A stretch of 64,000 nt of DNA from Marsupella aquatica (lineage: Eukaryota > Plantae > Marchantiophyta): positions 23,542,318 to 23,606,317 of the forward strand of contig OZ316897.1 in the NCBI GenBank assembly GCA_973895155.1. The letters run 5' to 3'. Each line of letters begins with the position of its first letter. The stretch's first letter is position 1. A model generated the notes under the pieces. The model ran no database searches and had not been told where the DNA came from. It saw only the letters and a program-made list of their open reading frames with translations. Positions 47,101 through 58,900 of the stretch are shown one piece after another. Both the position numbers and the translations under genes were made by a program.

Positions 47101-48720
47101 GATATTGAGGCATGGAGACAGCATTGGTCACCAAATCATATGTCCATCACTTATGGCACAAGTGCGGTTTCCCAACCCATTGCTACAGCTGCGGCTTCTT
47201 CTAGCAGCACTAGCCAGAGTGGCACTCCATCAGCATCCACCGCTACTCCTACCGGTGTGATTGTGGCTGGGAGTGGAGCTGCGCCAACATTTAACCCTGT
47301 GATGAAGTTCTTTGAAGTATTGAAGCAGAACTACCAGGGTGTGAGAACCGATAAGTTGAAGGGTCTTCAGGAGTTCCAGCGCAAGACTGGAGAGAGCCTA
47401 CGTGAGGCATACACTCGTATGCGAAGGTTGATTACGGTCACACAAGGAGTGACAGAGGCCCAAGCGGTCCAATTTTGGTATGCAATTCTAGATAGGGAGT
47501 TGCGTTGTAGAGTGAGAGATGCCACTCTACTGAGGGATTCAGATCCCACATTGGCTATAGTTTTTGCACTTGCTGAGCGCTTTGAGCTCAATATGGTGAA
47601 TGAGAAGGTGGTGACTTCCGGATTTGCCAAGGAAGCACCAAAGGTTGCATCAACGCCCACACCGCAACCTACTGCACGTAAGAGCCAGAGAGAGAAGCCT
47701 ACAACATGGGAATCTACTAGTCAAAGACCTATGCCTTCTTATGCTAGACAACAGTCAGGATGTTGGACTTGTGGTGGGGATCATGCACAAAGATATTGCC
47801 CGGATAATAGGGGGCAAGGAGGGGCATCTACACCTGATCAACGACAGTGTGATCATTGTGGAGTTTCTGGACACACCAAAGATAGGTGTTTTGTACTTCA
47901 TCCTGAACTACGATAGGGAGGACCACATGCGTATGATCAGGGAAGAGGAGGTAGAGGTGGTGGACGTGGTCGAGGCATGCCACATGCAGGGAGGTGATGT
48001 TGCTCCTATCATTACCACAGATCCTAAGGATGCAAAGATTGCTCAATTGGAGCAACAACTAGCTGCAATGGCTAGTTCTCAAGTTAGACCTACTGCTAGT
48101 GATGGGGCTTCTACATCCTATGGAGCTTCAATCTCTTATGGAGTTGATGGAGATCTTGCCATCATGGGATTTATGTGTGGCACTGCGCATGTTGATGCAT
48201 CAGCAGCTTTGACTCGAGGAGCAGTTAAAGCCCTTGAGCCACAAGGAGCAGTGGTAGAGTTGGATCCTCAGAGAGGGGATATTCGTCGTCAAACAAAGCT
48301 TCCCCAATCGTTTACATTGTTAGAGGTAGTTCAAACTACCTCTATGAATCCGGTTCGGACTAACCCAGGTGGAAGTAAGTTGGCGGATTCAAGTGATGTT
48401 GTGACAGGGATGACAAGTACCCTGTTGGGGGCGGCCACTACTATAGTGCGCACACCATTATTTTCAGCTACGGATATGTTGACATTGGGAGTTAGTCCAG
48501 CAGAGGTGTTCAGATTGGCGGCCACATTATGCGAGGACACTCCAACTGTTGCTTTGCGTGCAAAAGCAACGCCCAATTCTGAAGCAGTGGAGTTGAATCC
48601 ACCTATTGCCAGTAATGAAACATGGCATGCAGTAGCGGCAAGGTTGATAGATTTACCAGCGCGCCCTGCTTATGAGAGGACTAGGTTTAAACCTAGTGTC
48701 ATATCATTGGATAATCGGAG

Positions 48721-48760
48721 TTTAGGGTTTAGGGTTTAGAGTTTAGGGTTTAGGGTTTAG
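48721..48760 (+). repeat. Interstitial telomeric tract (TTTAGGG)5-6
   Basis: tttagggtttagggtttagagtttagggtttagggtttag. Confidence 0.9.
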
Positions 48761-49394
48761 AACACAGGAAGTAAAATTGCTTTTGTGCAAATCTTTTGAG
48801 TTGTGATGATAGATTCCTTTTTGGTGATTCATTACAATCTCTTGAGTTCTTAAAGTTAACTCGTTGAGTTTGTGTCTCATTGAAATTGATGGATTTTCTT
48901 TCGTTTTGCTCAGTACCATCTAAATGTTGAAGTAGCTACCTTTTAGATCTTATCTGAGTACTACTTAGAAAGAAAGGATAAGACATGTTGAAGGCATTTT
49001 AAAAGGTACTCTAGTAAGCATTTTAGATCTGAAAAGCAATATGGATTTAAATCCTTAAGTCTTTTCATTTTGACTTATGCCTAAGGAGCAACCTTGGTCA
49101 ATTCCAGACTCCCTTAGCATACTTTGAGATTATTTTCCTTGTGTTTTGTTAATCATTCCCTTTTCATTAATTTATGTTTATCTGATGCTGAGTTATCATT
49201 GAAAACCACTCACCGCTGTGGAGCGATCTTCAAAATACCTTATTAAAGTAATCAAACTTGATTACTATGTGTGGAAAACATCTTTAGTTCTTTATTATTG
49301 TTTAAATTTATCAAACCAACCCCATCTTGTTCTTTACGGGAACGAATACCGAGTTTGAAGACCTTTAAGTGTGTTTTTGGTTCTTCATAGCAAA

Positions 49395-50371
49395 CTACAA
49401 CAGCTGAGTTAGCCGAGGTGAAAGATGGCCATGTGGCACAAATTCTCCAGATGGAGTACAAGGCCACGCAGCTGAGGGATGAGTTCTTGGAAACTGCAGC
49501 CGAAGTAGAGACCGCACAAGCAAGCGTTGCGGAATTGGAGGAGCAGGTGGCAATCTTGCAGAGGGATCGTGACCGTTACAAGGAACGGGCACGATGTGCG
49601 TCTGGCTATGAGAGCTCGGCAAAACGGTCCCGCAATAGGGGGTAGTGGGAGGGGCCCACAATTTTTGTTAGGTTAGAACTAGATAAGTAATGTAGGAATT
49701 AAAACGGAGTAGTTAGAAGTACAAAAATAATATATATATATATAGGGAATCCCTTGGTAGGAGGTGGGGGGGATCCTGATTGTCAAAGCATTAGTGTTAT
49801 TATAGTGAAGTAAGGAGTCTCACATGGAGGAGCCAAGTGTACTAAGGAGTACACTCTAGCTTAGTGAATCTTGTAGGGCAAGTACGAAGCCGGGCTTCGT
49901 TAAAGCTTAGGGTCTACTGCCATTAGGCATTGTCTCTTTCGAGTTCATCAAGTCAACTATAAGTGTAAGGCTATGCTTGGCTGTAAGGAATTTTCCCCCA
50001 TCAATCCAAGAGTTACTCAGTATTACCAGGAGTTGAGGTATATGTGTATGTGAATGAGAAAGTATACGGGCAAGGATTGGAGACTGGAAGGATTAGTCGC
50101 ATGGACTGCTAGGGGTAAGTCATGGTTTAGTAGCTATCCGGGACCAAGCTTAGCCATGAGTGTATACGATGAAGCATAGAAGACCTTAGGCTGGGCCGGT
50201 GTAATACATTGGTTGAGGTATATTCTGGTGGCGGAATAGAAAATATACCTATGTTGATAAATGTATGTTTGAGAAAGAAGTAGTAAAGTAGTTTGCGGGA
50301 ATGATTCATGATTTTGTTCAATCTTTGTGTAGATATAGGTCCATCCTAACACTATGTAGACATCCTTGACA
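49395..50371 (+). mobile_element. 3' remnant of a third TG..CA family (C)
   Basis: Coiled-coil ORF ending SAKRSRNRG, a decayed shared motif at about 50222, and a probable end CCTTGACA. The left boundary is unknown. Confidence 0.5.
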
Positions 50372-51130
50372 CTAAGGTGCTAGAGAAGGTGCTTTGGCCC
50401 TTTGGGTCTGTTTATCTCTATGTCCACAACTGGTCTTTGTGTTGTGGTGGTGGTTAGAATATATTGGGTGCATTGTCACTCTTGTTTAAAGATTACATAT
50501 AGAAAACACAATGCATAGAAACTAGAGTTAGTTGCCATTGTAGTTAGAAGTCTTGGAAGGTATATATCATTTGGGGTTTTAATTTGGAGATTTTATAATG
50601 ACAACATACTCCTCAAATAATATATCATGTCAATTTATTTGGATATAGTTTTGTTTCATTGGTAAGGAAAAGAACACCCTTTGAGGCCAAAGATTAGGGT
50701 GGGCTTGGTTATATGGGCACTAGGTAAGGCTGCACTGAAGCTAGTGGGTGATGACTGATGATCAAGCAAGAGGCTAGATTGAAGATAGTCAAGCTCAAGT
50801 AGAGTGTGCAATCAAAATAGCCACCCACAAAGAAGCTATACTTAAGAGCAAGCTTAAGTTGATAGGAGACCTGAGCTAAAATAAGCCCCCTTATCTAACG
50901 TCAGATTATATATTGTGCATCTGGGAAAATAATGCCAAAGTAGCAAAGGCAGACCACTGCACATGGTTGAGCATATTGGGTTCTCACATCATTGTATGCT
51001 GTGGTCATTCTTTGCTATTTAGGAAGGAAAAAATGCAATTATTGTCATTCAATAATGTACATATTTATGACATGCATTTGTTATTATTGCATTGTTCTCC
51101 ACGTTGCACACCTACCCAATATTGGAAGTA

Positions 51131-52746
51131 TATGGTGAATTAGGATGATCCTGTCGGCTGGAATTTTATTTGTTTGCCTTATACTAAAGGTACATACCAT
51201 GAAGTTCGCCCACCTAAGTTCAAGCTCTGAGGTGCATGATTACATAGTTCCAAGATTCCATTAAGGAGTGTTAAAGCATAGATGTCTCTCCCTTTCTTGA
51301 AGCTCAAATTGTTTTTCCTTCCCTGCCCTCCCTCAAGTTTTTTTCCCTAGCGCCTGAAGTTGGAGTTTTTTTCCTTCCCCCCTGAAGGTGAAGTTTTTTT
51401 TTCTTCTTGGAAAAAGCTGAATTTTTTTCGCTTGCTTTGGTTTTTGCTATTTTTCTTCTCTCCCACTTTCACATTATGTAGGTTTACATCATATGTGAAA
51501 CAAACTAGAATACAATGTATGGATTTGATGCAAAAAATCACCCCTGGTTTAGGGAACTAATACAGAGCAGGTAAATTTAGGCATGTACTTCGGCCAGTAT
51601 TTGTCCATGCAATACCCAAAATGTTGGTCTAGTGAGGTTTAGGGTCTTTTCAGTATGTTCGGAGTCCTTCTGCCGGCGCGGGGCGCCTTCATGGGGTTCC
51701 CTGCCTGCTTTGTTGCTTGCTATGACTAATAAAATTACCCTCATTAATAAGAGTACCCTCATGCACAAGGCCCAACACAAGGGTACCCTTAGGAGATAAG
51801 AGTACCCTCACTGATAAGGGTACCCTCATTATCAAAGTACCATTGTTGATAAGTGTACCCATTGATAAGAGTACTCTTGCTGATATAAGAGTATCCTCAT
51901 TGATAAGAGTACCCTCATACGCAAGGGTACCCTCAGGAAATAAGAGTATCCTCATTGATAAGGGTACCCTTATTGATCAAAGTACCATTATTGATAAGCG
52001 TACCCATTGATAAGAGTACCCTCGCTGATAAGAGTACCCTCACTGATAAGAGTACCCTCAAGCACAAGGGTACCCTCAGGAGATAAGAGTACCCTCATTC
52101 ACACGGGGAGCAATGAAAATAGGGATAATTGTAACCATGTCCAAAAGGTGACATCTTTGATAGCCATTCAAAAATAATGTCCTTCAAAACCTTGAGGACT
52201 TTAGTTTAAGAACTTTTCTAACAAAAAGTTCAAGAATATTTCATAATAAAGAATCCAATAAAGTGTAAACTTCAATTTTATGGTGTCAATTTTTTTAGAT
52301 CTTCCCACACTGTAGCAAACAAATCCACATAAATTTTTTCAAGATTTTAATTCCAATTCAGTAAAAATTATAATTCCGGTTAAATAGTACACGAACCATT
52401 TCAGATCTGAGTACCGAAATGCAGCTGTAAGTTGTAATTTTTATCATTAGATTTATGAATATTTTAACATGTACTAGGTGGGAAGAAAGGGGGAATTTTG
52501 ATGTTAAGGTACTCACCTTCATAAATCTACTATTGATTTGTCCCAAGGAGTGTACAGTTCTTTCCTTGGTCTCGCCTCAATATTTGTACATGGTGAATTA
52601 GGATGATCCTGTCTGCTGGAATTTTATTTGTTTGCCTTATACTAAAGGTACATACCATGAAGTTAGCCCACCTAAGTTCAAGCTTTGAGGTGCATGATTA
52701 CATAGTTCCAAGATTCCATTAAGGAGTGTTAAAGCTGCATAGATGT
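51131..52746. repeat. ~155-bp direct repeats (about 51131-51285 and 52590-52746) flanking a GATAAGAGTACCCTC minisatellite (about 51730-52100)
   Basis: Near-identical atggtgaattaggatgatcc..catagatgt copies. Confidence 0.85.
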
Positions 52747-52901
52747 AACTCAATTATTGCTCAGGTCATAAAACACTATTACAGTCAAGACAAAATCACT
52801 ATGGGCTACCAAAATACGAATCCCATAACACTTTGATTTATTTTTTTGGACTGTAACACTTTGACACGCTCTATTCATCCTTTTGGATTGCTCTACGCTA
52901 A

Positions 52902-52956
52902 AGGGTTTAGGGTTTAGGGTTTAGGGTTTTTAGGGTTTAGGGTTTAGGGTTTAGGG
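52902..52956 (+). repeat. Telomeric tract (TTTAGGG)~7 at the satellite boundary
   Basis: Read directly from the sequence. Confidence 0.92.
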
Positions 52957-55900
52957 TGTCATCCCCAGTTTTCACATGTGGCATACCAGTTTTTTAAGTA
53001 CTGGTATGATTATTGAATATTGGGGGTGAGTTTGACCCCCAGTTTGTTGTGTGCGCATTTTGGAGGGGCTAGGGGTGGGGGTACCCCGCAATTTTCGGGG
53101 TGCGTGTACCAGGGGGCGAGTGCCACCCTACTGTAGCTTTTGGGGGTGTAACGAGCTGGGGGTGAGGGTGGGGGAGGGGTTCCATGGGGGTTGAGGGTGA
53201 GGGTGGCCCCCAGTTTTGGGGGTGCGTGCACATGGGGGCCTGTGCAACCCTAATTGAGCATTGGGGGTGTAACGAGCTGGGGGTGAGGGTGGGGGAGGGG
53301 TTCCATGGGGGTTGAGGGTGAGGGTGGCCCCCAGTTTTGGGGGTGCGTGCACATGGGGGCGTGTGCAACCCTACTGTAGCATTGGGGGTGTAACGAGCAG
53401 GGGGTGAGGGAGGGGGAGGGGTTCCATGGGGGTTGAGGGTGAGGGTGGCCCCCAGTTTTGGGGGTGCGTGCACATGGGGGCGTGTGCAACCCTAATTGAG
53501 CATTGGGGGTGTAACGAGCTGGGGGTGAGGGAGGGGGAGGGGTTCCATGGGGGTTGAGGGTGAGGGTGGCCCCCAATTTTGGGGGTGCGTGCACATGGGG
53601 GCGTGTGCAACCCTAATGTAGCATTGGGGGTGTAACGAGCTGGGGGTGAGGGTGGGGGAGGGGTTCCATGGGGGTTGAGGGTGAGGGTGGCCCCCAGTTT
53701 TGGGGGTGCGTGCATTGGGGGTGAGGATGGTCAAGATTGGGGGTGAATCACCCCCAATGTATGCATACTAGGAGTGAGTCCACGCTCCTATCGCGACGAG
53801 GTGATCACAACTAGGGGTACGAGTAGTTGGCTTTTTATGTAATTTTGACTTTTTTAAAGTATTGGTAAAACGTTTCATTTTGGTGGATTTGCGCAAATAG
53901 CACGTTTTGGAACGTTACGTGCTCGCCTAGCACGTTTTTTTGACAAGTATAGCAAAAAGAAAAAAAAGGGTTAGCGTTTAGGGTTTAGGGTTTATGGTTT
54001 AGGGTTTACAGTGTCATCCCCAGTTTTCACATGTGGCATACCAGTTTTTTAAGTACTGGTATGATTATTGAATATTGGGGGTGAGTTTGACCCCCAGTTT
54101 GTTGTGTGCGCATTTTGGAGGGGCTAGGGGTGGGGGTACCCCGCAATTTTCGGGGTGCGTGTACCAGGGGGCGAGTGCCACCCTACTGTAGCTTTTGGGG
54201 GTGTAACGAGCTGGGGGTGAGGGTGGGGGAGGGGTTCCATGGGGGTTGAGGGTGAGGGTGGCCCCCAGTTTTGGGGGTGCGTGCACATGGGGGCGTGTGC
54301 AACCCTAATTGAGCATTGGGGGTGTAACGAGCTGGGGGTGAGGGTGGGGGAGGGGTTCCATGGGGGTTGAGGGTGAGGATGGCCCCCAGTTTTGGGGGTG
54401 CGTGCACATGGGGGCGTGTGCAACCCTACTGTAGCATTGGGGGTGTAACGAGCTGGGGGTGAGGGTGGGGGAGGGGTTCCATGGGGGTTGAGGGTGAGGG
54501 TGGCCCCCAGTTTTGGGGGTGCGTGCACATGGGGGCGTGTGCAACCCTAATTGAGCATTGGGGGTGTAACGAGCTGGGGGTGAGGGTGGGGGAGGGGTTC
54601 CATGGGGGTTGAGGGTGAGGATGGCCCCCAGTTTTGGGGGTGCGTGCACATGGGGGCCTGTGCAACCCTACTGTAGCATTGGGGGTGTAACGAGCTGGGG
54701 GTGAGGGTGGGGGAGGGGTTCCATGGGGGTTGAGGGTGAGGGTGGCCCCCAGTTTTGGGGGTGCGTGCACATGGGGGCGTGTGCAACCCTACTGTAGCAT
54801 TGGGGGTGTAACGAGCTGGGGGTGAGGGTGGGGGAGGGGTTCCATGGGGGTTGAGGGTGAGGGTGGCCCCCAGTTTTGGGGGTGCGTGCACATGGGGGCG
54901 TGTGCAACCCTAATTGAGCATTGGGGGTGTAACGAGCTGGGGGTGAGGGTGGGGGAGGGGTTCCATGGGGGTTGAGGGTGAGGATGGCCCCCAGTTTTGG
55001 GGGTGCGTGCACATGGGGGCCTGTGCAACCCTACTGTAGCATTGGGGGTGTAACGAGCTGGGGGTGAGGGTGGGGGAGGGGTTCCATGGGGGTTGAGGGT
55101 GAGGGTGGCCCCCAGTTTTGGGGGTGCGTGCACATGGGGGCGTGTGCAACCCTAATTGAGCATTGGGGGTGTAACGAGCTGGGGGTGAGGGAGGGGGAGG
55201 GGTTCCATGGGGGTTGAGGGTGAGGGTGGCCCCCAGTTTTGGGGGTGCGTGCACATGGGGGCGTGTGCAACCCTACTGTAGCATTGGGGGTGTAACGAGC
55301 TGGGGGTGAGGGTGGGGGAGGGGTTCCATGGGGGTTGAGGGTGAGGGTGGCCCCCAGTTTTGGGGGTGCGTGCACATGGGGGCGTGTGCAACCCTAATTG
55401 AGCATTGGGGGTGTAACGAGCTGGGGGTGAGGGTGGGGGAGGGGTTCCATGGGGGTTGAGGGTGAGGATGGCCCCCAGTTTTGGGGGTGCGTGCACATGG
55501 GGGCCTGTGCAACCCTACTGTAGCATTGGGGGTGTAACGAGCTGGGGGTGAGGGTGGGGGAGGGGTTCCATGGGGGTTGAGGGTGAGGATGGCCCCCAGT
55601 TTTGGGGGTGCGTGCATTGGGGGTGAGGATGGTCAAGATTGGGGGTGAATCACCCCCAATGTATGCATACTAGGAGTGAGTCCACGCTCCTATCGCGACG
55701 AGGTGATCACAACTAGGGGTACGAGTAGTTGGCTTTTTATGTAATTTTGACTTTTTTAAAGTATTGGTAAAACGTTTCATTTTGGTGGATTTGCGCAAAT
55801 AGCACGTTTTGGAACGTTACGTGCTCGCCTAGCACGTTTTTTTGACAAGTATAGCAAAAAGAAAAAAAAGGGTTAGCGTTTAGGGTTTAGGGTTTATGGT

Positions 55901-58900
55901 TTAGGGTTTACAGTGTCATCCCCAGTTTTCACATGTGGCATACCAGTTTTTTAAGTACTGGTATGATTATTGAATATTGGGGGTGAGTTTGACCCCCAGT
56001 TTGTTGTGTGCGCATTTTGGAGGGGCTAGGGGTGGGGGTACCCCGCAATTTTCGGGGTGCGTGTACCAGGGGGCGAGTGCCACCCTACTGTAGCTTTTGG
56101 GGGTGTAACGAGCTGGGGGTGAGGGTGGGGGAGGGGTTCCATGGGGGTTGAGGGTGAGGGTGGCCCCCAGTTTTGGGGGTGCGTGCACATGGGGGCCTGT
56201 GCAACCCTAATTGAGCATTGGGGGTGTAACGAGCTGGGGGTGAGGGTGGGGGAGGGGTTCCATGGGGGTTGAGGGTGAGGGTGGCCCCCAGTTTTGGGGG
56301 TGCGTGCACATGGGGGCGTGTGCAACCCTACTGTAGCATTGGGGGTGTAACGAGCAGGGGGTGAGGGAGGGGGAGGGGTTCCATGGGGGTTGAGGGTGAG
56401 GGTGGCCCCCAGTTTTGGGGGTGCGTGCACATGGGGGCGTGTGCAACCCTAATTGAGCATTGGGGGTGTAACGAGCTGGGGGTGAGGGAGGGGGAGGGGT
56501 TCCATGGGGGTTGAGGGTGAGGGTGGCCCCCAATTTTGGGGGTGCGTGCACATGGGGGCGTGTGCAACCCTAATGTAGCATTGGGGGTGTAACGAGCTGG
56601 GGGTGAGGGTGGGGGAGGGGTTCCATGGGGGTTGAGGGTGAGGGTGGCCCCCAGTTTTGGGGGTGCGTGCATTGGGGGTGAGGATGGTCAAGATTGGGGG
56701 TGAATCACCCCCAATGTATGCATACTAGGAGTGAGTCCACGCTCCTATCGCGACGAGGTGATCACAACTAGGGGTACGAGTAGTTGGCTTTTTATGTAAT
56801 TTTGACTTTTTTAAAGTATTGGTAAAACGTTTCATTTTGGTGGATTTGCGCAAATAGCACGTTTTGGAACGTTACGTGCTCGCCTAGCACGTTTTTTTGA
56901 CAAGTATAGCAAAAAGAAAAAAAAGGGTTAGCGTTTAGGGTTTAGGGTTTATGGTTTAGGGTTTACAGTGTCATCCCCAGTTTTCACATGTGGCATACCA
57001 GTTTTTTAAGTACTGGTATGATTATTGAATATTGGGGGTGAGTTTGACCCCCAGTTTGTTGTGTGCGCATTTTGGAGGGGCTAGGGGTGGGGGTACCCCG
57101 CAATTTTCGGGGTGCGTGTACCAGGGGGCGAGTGCCACCCTACTGTAGCTTTTGGGGGTGTAACGAGCTGGGGGTGAGGGTGGGGGAGGGGTTCCATGGG
57201 GGTTGAGGGTGAGGGTGGCCCCCAGTTTTGGGGGTGCGTGCACATGGGGGCGTGTGCAACCCTAATTGAGCATTGGGGGTGTAACGAGCTGGGGGTGAGG
57301 GTGGGGGAGGGGTTCCATGGGGGTTGAGGGTGAGGATGGCCCCCAGTTTTGGGGGTGCGTGCACATGGGGGCGTGTGCAACCCTACTGTAGCATTGGGGG
57401 TGTAACGAGCTGGGGGTGAGGGTGGGGGAGGGGTTCCATGGGGGTTGAGGGTGAGGGTGGCCCCCAGTTTTGGGGGTGCGTGCACATGGGGGCGTGTGCA
57501 ACCCTAATTGAGCATTGGGGGTGTAACGAGCTGGGGGTGAGGGTGGGGGAGGGGTTCCATGGGGGTTGAGGGTGAGGATGGCCCCCAGTTTTGGGGGTGC
57601 GTGCACATGGGGGCCTGTGCAACCCTACTGTAGCATTGGGGGTGTAACGAGCTGGGGGTGAGGGTGGGGGAGGGGTTCCATGGGGGTTGAGGGTGAGGGT
57701 GGCCCCCAGTTTTGGGGGTGCGTGCACATGGGGGCGTGTGCAACCCTACTGTAGCATTGGGGGTGTAACGAGCTGGGGGTGAGGGTGGGGGAGGGGTTCC
57801 ATGGGGGTTGAGGGTGAGGGTGGCCCCCAGTTTTGGGGGTGCGTGCACATGGGGGCGTGTGCAACCCTAATTGAGCATTGGGGGTGTAACGAGCTGGGGG
57901 TGAGGGTGGGGGAGGGGTTCCATGGGGGTTGAGGGTGAGGATGGCCCCCAGTTTTGGGGGTGCGTGCACATGGGGGCCTGTGCAACCCTACTGTAGCATT
58001 GGGGGTGTAACGAGCTGGGGGTGAGGGTGGGGGAGGGGTTCCATGGGGGTTGAGGGTGAGGGTGGCCCCCAGTTTTGGGGGTGCGTGCACATGGGGGCGT
58101 GTGCAACCCTAATTGAGCATTGGGGGTGTAACGAGCTGGGGGTGAGGGAGGGGGAGGGGTTCCATGGGGGTTGAGGGTGAGGGTGGCCCCCAGTTTTGGG
58201 GGTGCGTGCACATGGGGGCGTGTGCAACCCTACTGTAGCATTGGGGGTGTAACGAGCTGGGGGTGAGGGTGGGGGAGGGGTTCCATGGGGGTTGAGGGTG
58301 AGGGTGGCCCCCAGTTTTGGGGGTGCGTGCACATGGGGGCGTGTGCAACCCTAATTGAGCATTGGGGGTGTAACGAGCTGGGGGTGAGGGTGGGGGAGGG
58401 GTTCCATGGGGGTTGAGGGTGAGGATGGCCCCCAGTTTTGGGGGTGCGTGCACATGGGGGCCTGTGCAACCCTACTGTAGCATTGGGGGTGTAACGAGCT
58501 GGGGGTGAGGGTGGGGGAGGGGTTCCATGGGGGTTGAGGGTGAGGATGGCCCCCAGTTTTGGGGGTGCGTGCATTGGGGGTGAGGATGGTCAAGATTGGG
58601 GGTGAATCACCCCCAATGTATGCATACTAGGAGTGAGTCCACGCTCCTATCGCGACGAGGTGATCACAACTAGGGGTACGAGTAGTTGGCTTTTTATGTA
58701 ATTTTGACTTTTTTAAAGTATTGGTAAAACGTTTCATTTTGGTGGATTTGCGCAAATAGCACGTTTTGGAACGTTACGTGCTCGCCTAGCACGTTTTTTT
58801 GACAAGTATAGCAAAAAGAAAAAAAAGGGTTAGCGTTTAGGGTTTAGGGTTTATGGTTTAGGGTTTACAGTGTCATCCCCAGTTTTCACATGTGGCATAC

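Larger units (their letters stand above)
41178..48720 (+). mobile_element. Gypsy-like LTR element: 5' LTR about 41178-41649, repeat-rich UTR and gag, split by element B and truncated at a telomeric tract
   Basis: TGTCAC..GTTACA followed by a degenerate PBS (agttggtgttgag). The gag rejoins in frame across B (AHLVDI|EAWRQHW) and contains LQEFQRKTGESLREAYTRM and two CCHC knuckles. The superfamily is inferred from gag only. Confidence 0.7.
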
